This document shows positions 35,362 to 46,774 of a stretch of DNA of 64,000 bases, piece after piece. The DNA lies in the NCBI RefSeq assembly GCF_963921235.1, contig NC_086097.1, forward strand, positions 229,898,001-229,962,000, read 5' to 3'. The notes beneath the pieces are model-generated. The model saw nothing but the letters and a program-made list of their open reading frames with translations. It did not search any database and was not told the DNA's origin. Numbering within the stretch: the stretch's first letter is position 1; each line of letters begins with the position of its first letter. The translations under genes and the position numbers were made by a program. The DNA is from Mobula hypostoma (taxonomy: Eukaryota).

Positions 35362-35994
35362 TGTAGGGTTCTCAGTAATATTAACTGGAATGTTAACTGT
35401 TAACTGCTAATTATAAAATGGCTTCTCTGAAGTGTTGTAATGAAATGACTTCTTTGTAATGTTAACTATGAGGTAATGGTTCTCTGTAACTGAAGTGTTT
35501 GGTTTATAATTATAGATAACGGAGGAAATAACCAATGGAAGCTATGTTATGCTACCTTGTATGTGTGTGCTGAGCTGGGGTTCGTGGGCTTTTTCGGGAG
35601 CCGAGCAGGGAGGACGGACATGTGGGGAACGGACAGCGGTTCCAGGGCGGCAGATACCGGGCCTTGGCTGTTCGGACAGTGGCCGAAGTCTCAGAAGGAT
35701 GTTGTGGATAGAATTGGAGGCGTGAGCGCCAACGTATTAAAGTACTATGTGCACAAAACTGATAAACTTACTTTTGTGGCGCCTTTTCTTTTAGCTGTTT
35801 CTACTAACCCATCACTAAGAATTACTATAAAGTATATTCATTTACTCGCACATTGTATATTGTTTGATATTTGTGTTGCGGCTGATATTTGGGTGCCTCA
35901 CACCATATCCGCACCAAAGCATTTGCACTATTTGGCGGGGTCAACGGCGATTCACCCTAGGCAACGGGAGTCAGTTGGGGATGCAGATGTTACA
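35362..35994 (+). repeat. 3' LTR
   Basis: tgtagggttctc..gatgttaca followed by TSD tgta. Confidence 0.95.
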
Positions 35995-36662
35995 TGTATT
36001 TTTTGTAGTTTAGTTGTTTGAAGCCTCTGTCATGCCATAAATCGAACTGTCTCATCAGCTGTTCCTATCAAAGGATTTTTTTTAACTGTCTAGTTTGAGC
36101 CAGTTCACAGTATAAAGCTGACCACAAGTTCTTCAATCTCTGTGTTCTTTCTTCAGTTCTTTCTTTGTTCTTACAGTAGAGTGAGTTAGTTACCATTATT
36201 TCTTGGTTATGAACATCTAGTAAAAGGTTTATAACCACAAGATTTATGTCTCGTTTCTCTGAAGAAACCTCTGGACAGTATCATCTCCAAATCCAGCAGA
36301 AGGCTGACTCTGAGTTAAAGTCAGAACGGGAGACCCGAAAACAGTAAAGATAAATGGGATGGCAGTCAAACACCCAGTGCAGATTCAACACAGGACATTA
36401 TGTCCATATACACCTATGCTGACCTTTAATAAACCTGCATAAAAGTTCTCCTATATATGCTTATTAAAGCACCAAATTAGGGTGGATAATTCCTCTATAT
36501 TTTAATGTAGGTATCATAACAGAAATATTTCAAATGGTGCTGCTCTAATTTGACACTGAACTCTACCCAAATAATAAATCTCCTCTTTTAATATGTCCAG
36601 ACGTAGAGTATATTTGTCACAAGGTCATTTACAATAAACTGGCAGCTATACAGAAAAGTACA

Positions 36663-36939
36663 CACTCAGTGGCCACTTTATTAGGTACACCTGTTCATCG
36701 GCCTGTTAATACATTAATTTAGCTATCTTTAGAGAAATATTCCACATGTGGCAGCAACTGAATGCATAAAAGCATGGTCAAGAGATTCAGTTGTTGTTCA
36801 GACCAAACATCAGAATGGGGAAGAAATGTGATCTGAGTGACTTTGACTGTGGAATGATTGTTGGTGACAGACAGATGGTTTGATTATCTCAGGAACTGCT
36901 GATCTCCAAGGAATTTTCATGCACAACCGTCTCTGGAGT
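36663..36939 (+). mobile_element. left half of a Tc1-derived MITE (same family as 22396-22963)
   Basis: TIR cactcagtggccactttattagg and HTH remnant MGKKCDLSDFDCGMIVG. Confidence 0.85.
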
Positions 36940-38605
36940 CATACAGAAGTACAGAACAGAAACAGGCCCTTCAGCCTGTCTGGTCTATGCCAAACCAGTT
37001 AAACTGCCTACTCCAATGATCTGCACTAGAAGCCCAGCCCTCCATACTCCTACCTATCCAAACTTCATCTGAACGTTGTAATCGAGTTCTCATGTAGCAC
37101 TGCATTGTCAGCTCGTTCCACACTCTCATGACTCTCTGAATGAAGAAATTCCCCCTCATGTTCCCCTTAAACTTTTCATCTTTCACCCTCAACGTATGAC
37201 CTCTAGATGTAGTTCTACTCAACCTCAGTGGAAAAAGTTTGCTTGCATTTATCCTATCTATATCATAATTCTTTATAGCTCTATTAAATCTCCTCTCAAT
37301 CTTCTATGTTCTAAGGAATAAAGTCCTAACCTTTTCAATCTTTCCTTATAACTTAGGTCCTCCAGACCCGGCAACATCCTTGTAAATTTTCTCTGTACTC
37401 TTTCGATCTTATTTACATCTTTCCTGTAGGTAGGTGGCTAGAACTGCACACAATACTCCAAATTAGGCCTCACCAATGTCTTATACAAGTTCAACATAAC
37501 ATCCAAGCTCCTGTGCTCAATACATTGATTTATGAAGGCTAATATGCTGAAAGCTTCCTTTACAACCCTACCTACCTGTGACACCACTTTCAACAAACCA
37601 TGGACCTGTATTCCCAGATCAGTTTGTTCTACCACTCTGCTCAGTACCCTACCGTTGGCTGTGTAAGATCTACCCTGGTTGGTCCTACTGAAGTGCAACA
37701 CCTTGCATTTGTCTGCATTAAATTCCATCTGCCATTTTTCATCCAATATTTCCAGCTGATGCAGATCCCTTTGCAAGCCATGATAGCCTTCCTCGCTGTC
37801 CACTACACCCCCAGTCAAAGGGATCTGCAAATTGCTGATCCAGTTAACCACAATATCATCTGGAATGTTGACATAGATGACAAATGACAATGGACCCAGC
37901 ACCGACTCCCTTAAATATACATAAAGATTTGGCTTCCACAGCTGCCTGTGGTAGTGAACTCCAGAGATTCACCACTCTCTGCCTAAAGAATTTGCTCCTC
38001 ATCTCTGTTCTAAGGACGCCCCTCTATTCTGAGGCTGTGTTTTCTGATCTTAGACTCTCCCACTATAAGAGACATCCTCTTCACATCCACTCTGTCAAAG
38101 CCCTTCACCATTCAAAAGGTTTCAATGAGTTCACCCCTCATTCTTCTGAATTCTAGTAAATACAGACCCAGGGCCATCAAACACTTTTCATATGACAAGC
38201 CATTCAATCCTGGAATTATTATCATGAACCTCCTTTGAGCCCTCTCCAGTTTCAGCACATCCTTTCTAAGATAAGGGCCCCAAAACTGCCCACAATACTC
38301 CAAGTGAGGCCTCACCAGGGCTTTATGAAGTCTCAACATTACATCCTTGCTTTTATGTTCTAGTCATCTTGAAATGAATGCTAACATTGCATTTGCCTTC
38401 CTCGCCACAGACTCAACCTGCAAATTAACCTTTAGGGAATCCTGCACAAGGACTCCCAACTACCTTTGCACCTCAGTTTTTTGTATTTTCTCTCCATTTA
38501 GAAAATTATCAACCCTTTCATTTCTTCTACTAAAGTGCATGACCATACACTTCCCGACACTGTATTCCATCTGCCATTTTTTTGCCCATTCTTCTAATCT
38601 ATCTA
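36940..38605 (-). mobile_element. two CR1 fragments (~36940-37905 and ~37910-38605)
   Basis: ORFs 37438-37902, 36971-37222 and 38112-38339. Confidence 0.85.
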
Positions 38606-40018
38606 ATTCTGGGGTAATGCCTTCTAGAAAAGCTATTTGGGGTCTGGTGTTCCAATCAGTGAGATGAGATCGGAGGTGTGGGTTGTAGAGGTGCCCTGGC
38701 CGATGAAGAAAGACACATGAAAGTCAGGTTACTGACAGAGCCTGCTCTTCTGAAGGAAGATCAGTTTATGTGCACCATGCCTCGATCAAAACAACTTTCA
38801 GAGGTCCTTAGAAGAAGAATTGTAGATATGTATGAAGCTGGAAGAGGCCACAAAAGCATTTCTAAAGACCTAAATGTTCATCAGTCCACAGTAAGAGGAT
38901 TGTCTACAAATAGAGGAAACTCAGTACTGTTGCTACTCTTCCTAGGAGTGGGCGTTCTGCAAATATCACACCAAGAGCACAATGTGCAATGCTGAAGGGG
39001 GTGAAAAAAAACCCCAAGGGTAACAGCAAAAGACCTGCAGAAATCTCTAGAACGTGCTAAAGTCTCTGTTCATGTGTCCACTATAAGAAAAACTCTGAAC
39101 AAGGACGATGTTTGTGGAAGGACATCATGGAGGAAGCAACTACTCTCCGAAATAAAACATTGCTGCATGTCTCAAGTTTGCAAAAGACCACCTGAATGTT
39201 CTACAACAATTCTGGGACAATGATCCGTGGGTGGATGAGACAAAAGTTGAACTTTATGACAGAAATGCTTGGTGAAAAAAGGGCACTTTACACCAAAACC
39301 TCATCCCAACTGTGAAGCACGATGGAAGGAGCATCATGGTTTGGGGCTGCTTTGCTGCTTCAGGGCCTGGACAGCTTGCGGTTGTTGAGGGAACAATGAA
39401 TTCAAAATTGTTGCCTGCTGCCGCTTACACATGGGGGGGGGGGACTTTGGGGTCCTCACGTTTAACTGTCATTCATTCTTTGGGGCACTGCTCTGTTTTT
39501 GTGGATGTTTTGCGAAGGAAAAGCATTTCAGGATGTCTATTGTATACATTTCTCTGACATCAAATTGAACCTTTGAACCTTTCAAAATTGTATCAAGATA
39601 TTTTACAGGAGAATGTCAGGGTAGCGGTCCGTCACCTGAAGCTTAACAGAAGTTGGATAATGCAACAAGACAATGATCCAAAAGACAAGAGTAGATCAGC
39701 AACAGAATCTTTTAAGAAGAAGAAAATTAGTGTTTTAGAATGGCCGAGTCAAGGACTTGACCTTAATCCTATAGAAATGTTGTGGAAGGACCTGAAGCAA
39801 GCAGTCTATGCATGAAACCCACCAACATCCCAGAGGTGAAGCAGTTTTGTAAGGAGGAATGGCCTAAAATTCCTCCAAGCCAACGTGCAGGACTGATCAG
39901 TTACTGGAAACATTTGGTTGAAGTTATTGCTGGTCAATGGGGTCACACAAGTTACTGAAAGCAAAGATTCACATACTTTTTCCAACAAATACATGTCATA
40001 TTGGTTCATTTTTTCTCC
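38606..40018 (+). mobile_element. Tc1 (DD34E) transposon, decayed, TIRs not seen
   Basis: MPRSKQLSEVLRRRIV.. from 38777, VDETKVEL, TVKHDGRSIMVWGCF, QQDNDPK..WPSQGLDLNPIE. I count 34 residues between the second D and E. Confidence 0.93.
39412..39580 (+). mobile_element. short non-LTR retroposon 3' end inside Tc1, with 11-bp TSD
   Basis: ttcaaaattgt at 39401-39411 and 39581-39591; (TGAACCTT)n tail. Confidence 0.8.
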
Positions 40019-40172
40019 AGTTCCTTAACGTGGATTGTTAGAAGCTGCAACTGGATGCTCTTCTCGCAGTTGTAGTCATCAGGGACACTGGAGGTGTCCC
40101 TGCCCTCCCACTTCCCACAAGGGGAGCACTTCACCATCCTGGTATTCCATTATCCTGCTTGTCATCTCTACT

Positions 40173-40427
40173 TTTACAGAGACTGGTGCAAAAACCAAAA
40201 AATATCCAGTGAGCAGCAGTTCTGTGGGTGAAAACACCTTGTTAATTGAGAGAAGTTCGAGAAGAATGGCCCACGTGTTACAACAGTGGTGTGCAGAAGA
40301 GCATCTCTGAATGCACAACACATCGAACCCTGAAGTGGATGTGCTACAACACCAGAAGACCATGAACGTACACCCAGTGGCCACTTTACTAGGTACAACA
40401 GATACCTAATATGGTGGCCACTATGTA
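40173..40427 (+). mobile_element. right half of the Tc1-derived MITE that starts at 36663
   Basis: tttacagag..aaaatatccagtgagcagcagttctgtggg.. is colinear with the reverse complement of 22396-22700 and ends acctaatatggtggccactatg. Confidence 0.8.
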
Positions 40428-40639
40428 TATGTTTCTCCAATTTCCTGCAACTCAGGAACAACTTAGACTCCTCTGCCATCCAATTTCTGAATTGACATTG
40501 AACCTATGAACACTACCTCACTACTTTTTTTATTTGTTTTTTTTGCACGACTTGTTTTAACTTAACTATTTATTAGACATAAACATACCTATTGTAACTT
40601 GTTTTTTACCTCTATGTTTATTTATGATGCATTTCATTG

Positions 40640-41312
40640 TCAGTCAGTCAGTCGGTGGATGCCGTCCCGAATCCAGGGTTGGCGGCTATGCACCTCCATC
40701 TTCTTCGATCTTGCGCTCTTTTTCTGGCCTCAGCATAACTCAACCCAGTCCATTGCCTCACATTATCGTACCAAGTGGTTCGCTGCCTTCCTCTTTCCCT
40801 CTTTCCTTCTATCATCCCTTCCAATGTCAATTTCTGCAGTCCACCACCTCTTAACAAGTGCCCGGCATATTCCAGCTTCCTTTTCTGCACATTCTTCAGC
40901 AGCTCCTTTTCTCTCCTCGCTCTCTTCAACACGTCCATATTACTGACCTTCATCACCCATCTAATTTTCTGCATTCTCCTTAAACACCACATCTCAAATG
41001 CCTCCAGTCGTCGTTGCACTTCCTTGCATAAGGTCCACGATTCGACTCCATACAACAGACTGCTCCAGACGTAGCATTTCCAAATTCTACAACGCAGCCC
41101 AAAGCCTAACCTCTTGCCACACAGCACGTCACTCAGGCTCCAGAACGTTGATCTTGCAATTTCAATTCTTCGTCTAATTTCTGTATCACATTTCCCATCC
41201 TTTGTGACCATCTGTCCCAAGTACACAAACTTCTTGACTTGCTCTATGCCTACACCGTGAATTTTGATACTGATTTTGGGGACTTCTTTCTTCCATCATA
41301 CTACCATCATCT
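40640..41312 (-). mobile_element. RTE-clade LINE 3' fragment
   Basis: ORF 40648-41226 YLGQMVTKDGKCDTEIRRRI..LLYGVESWTL..LEAFEMWCLRRM..EGKRERGRQR, with a (CTGA)n tail. Confidence 0.9.
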
Positions 41313-42479
41313 TTGTCTTTGCAGCATTTATTTTCATTCCAAATCGTTCTCACTGCTGTTGTAAAGTTAACAAATTTCACGACATATGCTGGTAATATTA
41401 AAACCAATTCTGGTTCAATGTTTGCTGAACTTGCTCAGTACTTCTTCCACAGGAAAAACCATGCTTATCTCCTCATAATAGCTTTATTACACGAAGGATT
41501 ATTGTGTTCTGATGTAGTACAACAGATGGCAGGCGTCTACATAAAAATCTTGCGGTTATAAAAACGTGGATTATTTAATATGATGAAACCATCAGGATTT
41601 TCCATTGACACACGATGAAACCAGGGATAACTAGAGCATACACATAATGTCAAATGTGGAAATCCAAAAGCTGTTTTTAGTGACTCCCTGCTCCCCAACA
41701 GAATGAATTATTTTGCATATAATCGTGATTAACCAGCAGACTGACCAAAATATTGTGAACATGAAAGCAAAGATCTTGTGGTTTTTGAAGCGCATTGAAG
41801 TGCTCTCTCCTGCCACCTGCATTTGTCCACAAGAATTTAAAACAAAGCATTACTGCATCAGAGCTAGTACTCAGAACAGAGGAATGCAGTTTGCTTTGTT
41901 CCTTCAGAGCTCCTCTCCCAGTCAGGGCCTAAAGATACCCAAAGAACAAGTTCCCTGCCTTAAACTTCAGGCTCACGCAGGTTAAGCTTGTGATGTGCTG
42001 GGATACTATGAAGTTCAGTGTGCTTTGTTGTATTGGCAGCTCCATCTTGCAGCTACTTAATTCACTCCGGGAAGGACTCTGTACCCAAGATTTCACTGGG
42101 GGTTATTGCTGAGCAAGGCAGTGGGAAAAACGTTCCCCTTCCCCCATGCTATCTATAACTTTGCTTAAGCGCACAATCTGTAGACAAACAAGAAGTGAAA
42201 TTAAACCTCACAATTTGCAAAACAAAAATTTAAAAAAAGCCTCAGCAAGTAGAGTGAGATCACCAGCATTTGCAGTCATCTGTTGAAAGATTGGCTGAGC
42301 AGATTGAAAAAGTATCTCAGAATGCATGCCAAATAAGTGTCTTTAAAAAGATGTGGCAAGATAAAATGCAGAAATAATACTGCATTTCGTAGATCGTAAG
42401 GAGTTAAGCTTGTAACCTTTAGAATGTCAACTCATAATATTTCCCTTTTAATTCCTATGAGTAACAATAACTCAATGGC

Positions 42480-42720
42480 AAAGTCTCAGACTAAAGGGAC
42501 ATCTCCTTAAAGCTGAGAGGAGGAACTTCTTCAGCCAATCTGTGGAATTCATTGCTAGGAGGATTATTGGAGGCCAACACACTGGGTATATTTAAGCAGA
42601 AATTTATGGGGAGGGGGTTGGTTAAGGGTTCTGGGGAGAAGGTAGGAAAATAGGTTGAAAATAAAATCAGCCATGGGGAACAAACTCAATGGCTGAATGG
42701 CCCAATTCCACCTCATGATC
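42480..42720 (+). mobile_element. old CR1 3' fragment
   Basis: gaggaggaacttcttcagcca..tgtggaattc..ggggagaaggtagg..aatggcccaattc. Confidence 0.6.
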
Positions 42721-44547
42721 TTCATGCTGATTTGATCCAAGTTATGATACAGACAGCACCAGTAAGAGAAATGAGGAGAACAACTTAGTTATTGTATTGG
42801 GACATAGTAGTTGACTTGCACGTGATGCATCGCATGTTGGGATAGGCTAGGTGCAGACTGGTGTAGGACACTAGGGATTCTCGCATCTCATAAATGTTTT
42901 AAGAAATTTTCAGCTAATTAGAAAATTATAAATACTTTAATGAATGATTTCAACTAATCTCCAAGGGTATTGACAAAATGATGTGCCTGCATTTCCTTTG
43001 GGGAACTATTCAGTAAACAAATAGGTAATTAGTGAAGAGGTCGGGGAAAGGTACTTACATTTTGAAATGAAAATCCCGCACATTACAGCTTTCCAATAGA
43101 AACAAATATCATTGTAATTATATCAATGTGATGAAGAATCTTGCAACATTTAATGAAGCCCCCTTCAGATGGTGTTCATATTGTTTAATTAGTGTCCAAG
43201 TGTTAGAAAACAGTAAGCTGTATCTTTTTCCTGGATGTACTTGAGAGGGAGATAGATATGAGAGTTCATGCTTCAGCTAAGGTACAAACACAGGACATTT
43301 CTACTATAATGTTTCTTAATTGTACAATTTCTACTATTTTTTAATGTTTCTTAATTGTACACATGATTTTTTTTGTGTTCTATCGCTGAGCAGCAGTGAA
43401 CCATCTGATTGGCCTATCAGAGTTCTCTTTGAGAACTAGTTGACTTGATCAGCATTTCTGATCTGGCTATTGTTCATGATTGCACTTAGTTAAAAAAAAA
43501 TTCAGCACAGCACAGGCCTTTCAGCCCACAATGTTGTGCAGACTTTGGAGAAACTTCAGAGCCATCAAGCGGTTGACAACGTTTAACGTGGTGGTTGGGC
43601 GTTCATTATGACATAACACAGTAGAAGGTGTGACAGAATACAAAAGTAACAAACTGCTGGGAAGAGTGACATATCAATTACCACAACAAAATTCAAACCC
43701 TAGTGCTCAAATATATTGAATATTTTAAGACTTTAGCATTAAGGTTTAGAATTTAAATATAATAGAGAAATTTGGATCGGTACATGGGTGGGAAGGGTAT
43801 GTAGGGCTATGGTTGATGGACTAGACAGAATAAGAATTCAGCACGGAGTGAATAGACAGAAGAGCCTGTTTGCGAGCTGTCGTGCTGTGTGACTGCATGA
43901 CTAATTTTCAGTCAATAATAGTTACCATTCTAATTACAGAATTATAGGGTACTGATTGCAGGTTCATTACATTGTACTGTCTGTTTACATTGGTCATGAA
44001 AAGCAATGATTACATAATCAGCAGACTGGACAGTACGCAGCCTAAGTCAAAATAATAAACAACAGATTATTTTAGAACATGGTGCACACATTCTGTTAAT
44101 AGTCTTTCCTTCAATTATTTTATGTTTTCCATACATTTCCTGCAAGACATCTTCATTTTTACTTGATGAAATCAGTTTTCTAATTCATCAGCTGTGGCTT
44201 CCCTTTGTATTTCTCTTGCTTCAATAACATGAAAGTGATCATTGTATTTGTCGACGTGACCAGCTTCAGTTCCGAAGCTTATGGCCCTTTGAGAAATGGG
44301 TTCATTCCACTTAGTTTGGACTGATAGGAAGAGTCTGGAACAGGGATGCCAGAGTGATGGCTCCTCCACAAAATAATACCCTTGTCACTAACTCTATTTC
44401 CTTTCTTTGCCATTGGCTTGTGATCGTACAGATTGAGCATCCAAGCCTAAAGCAAGCTTCAAAACTGCATCCTCTGCATGGCAAGGTCCACAGCAAGACG
44501 TAGAACGGACCAGCTCACTACCATAGTGGACATGATACTGAACTGAT

Positions 44548-44970
44548 GTTATCATTATTATCTTCATTTTCATTATGTGCCATGTTGTATGGTGTAGGCG
44601 ATCATGGTCCTCCATCTGTCCTGACCACGATTATTCTTGGCAAATTTTTTTCCTATAGCTGTGGTTTGCCATTGCCTTCTTCTGGGCAGTGTCTTTACAA
44701 GACAGGTGACCCCAGCCATTATCAGTACCCTTCAGTGTTTCTCTGCCTGGCATCAGTGGTCGCATCACCAGGACTTGTGATCTGCGCCAGCGGCTCAAAT
44801 GATCCTCCATCACCTGCTCCCATGGCTTCACGTGACCCTGATTTTGGGGGGGTGGGGGGGGGGCTAAGCAGATGCTACACCTTGTCCAAGGGCGACCTGC
44901 AGGCTAGCAGAGTTAGGAGGAGTGTCTTACACCACCTTTACAGAGACGCATCTCCATCCCGCCACCCAGA
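44548..44970 (-). mobile_element. probable RTE-associated SINE-like repeat
   Basis: Minus strand has gaagaaggcaatggcaaaccac, a motif typical of RTE/Bov-B-related SINEs, and an (ATA/ATG)n-like tail. Confidence 0.5.
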
Positions 44971-45499
44971 ACGTATGTACATGCCTTATTAACTCATAAA
45001 AAAAAGAACAGTACAGTGCACAAACAGGTGTTTCTGCCCACAATGTCTCCGTTGAACAGGATACTGTGTTAAAATAGTCCTCGTCTGTCTGCTAGTGATC
45101 CGTACTCCTCCGTTCACTGCAGGATCACTTGTTAGCGTCTTAAATCCACTGTCACATTTGCATCCTTCCAGCAGGATGTTCCAGGGACCTATCCCTCTCT
45201 GTTTTAAAAACAAACTTGACCCCTCCACCTTAAATGCATGTCTTCTAGTGCTTGACATTTCTCATAATGTCGCATATTTCTTCTGGGTTTCTCATCAGCC
45301 TCCAGCATGCCACAGAAAACAACCCAAGTTTATTCAACCTCTCCTGATAGTTCAAACTCTCCAATCTTGGCAGCCTTTTCAAAGCCTCCACATTCTTCCC
45401 GTAATGGAACAAGTAGAATTGCACTCAATACTCCAAGCATTGCCTAACCAGAGTTTTATGTACAATGACCCTGGATATTTTTCAACTGCCAATTACATG

Positions 45500-46745
45500 A
45501 TATCCAGCTCTGACACTGGCTGCCTCCAACTCCAGGCCGAGACCTTTCACACTGCTGCAGCGCCACTGGGCCGCTGGGCACCCCTTCCCCCCATCACTAC
45601 TCCCCAATCATGGATCTCTCGGGCTTCCCCATCACTATTTGGGCCCTCCGAGCCTCAATATTCCTCCCACCCTACTTTCGTTGAACACCCCGACCCTCTC
45701 CTCTCCTCTGATCCCAGACATGTCTTCACCATTGCCGGGGAAGAACGCTCTGTGCTCAGCGAGGGCCTTACCTTTGTCCTCCTTCACCTACACCTCAGTG
45801 AGTTCTGCACTCACCACAATAGAGCTTTTCTTCCGTCGTCTCCATCTCCACATCTACTTCTTTGGCCAGGATTCCCCTCACCGCACCTATGACCCCTTCT
45901 CTTGCCTCCACCCTCCTCCTCCACTTCCTCTTGGACACCCCCCACTCTGGTTCTCTGCCTGCTCTGGATCTTTTCATCTCGAATTGCTGACGAGATGTCA
46001 ACCGGCTTGACTTCAGCACTCCTCCTCGAACCTTGCCCCCTCTGAATGCACCGCCCTCCACTCTCTCCACACCACTCCCAACCTCACTATCAAACCTGCA
46101 GACAAAGGGACTGCTGCTCTGGTCTGGCAGACTGACCTCTGCCTTGCTGAGGCCAGGCGGCAACTCTCAGACACCTCCTCCTACCTATCCCTTGAAAGGT
46201 AACCACTCAGGACCGTCAAGACATTGTCTTTGGCACCATCACAAGCCTCATCATCTCTGGAGATCTCCCATCCACTGCTACCAACCTTATAGTTCCCCCA
46301 CCTTGCACTGCTCCTTTCTACCTCCTACCCAAGATCCACAAACCTGACTGCCCGGGTAGACCCATTGTTTCTACCTGAGACAGTCCCACTCAACTCAGGT
46401 CTGCATACTTAGACTCCACTTTATCCCCATTGGTTCAGACCCTTCACACCAACACATTTCACGTGCTCTCAATTTCCTCAACAACTGACAATTCCCAGGC
46501 CCTGATCACCTCATTTTCACTATGGACGTCCAGTCTCTCTACATTTCTATCTCCCCATCAAGGCAGCCTTAAAGGTCTCTACTTCTTTCTCAACAAAAGA
46601 CCCAACTAGTTTTCCTCCACCCCCACCTTCCTCTGTCTGGCTGAACTGGTCCTCACCCTCAACAGTTTCCCTTTTGGCTCCTCCCACTTTCTTCACACTT
46701 AATGTGTAGCTATGGGCACTCACATGGGCCCCAGTTAAGCCTGCC
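45500..46745 (+). mobile_element. Penelope-like RT remnant
   Basis: SVLSEGLTFV, ELFFRRLHL, LTIKPADKG, LLPKIHKPDCPGRPIVS, FTMDVQSLY and VAMGTHMGP across frames. Confidence 0.85.
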
Positions 46746-46774
46746 TTTTCACAGGCTACGTGTCATCGGCAAGA

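Larger units (their letters stand above)
29984..35994 (+). mobile_element. Gypsy/Ty3 LTR retrotransposon with both LTRs, decayed and lacking RT/RNase H
   Basis: LTRs 29984-30618 and 35362-35994 (TG..CA). TSD TGTA at 29980-29983 and 35995-35998. PBS, PPT, gag, protease and integrase remnants present. Confidence 0.97.

Noticed and set aside
44172..44530. Protein-like minus-strand ORFs (EDAVLKLALGLDAQ.., MEEPSLWHP..)
   Set aside because: Short, in different frames, with no recognisable family and no convincing splice-site pair.
45095..45892. 265-aa ORF
   Set aside because: Chimeric read-through of antisense CR1 remnants into a decayed Penelope fragment.
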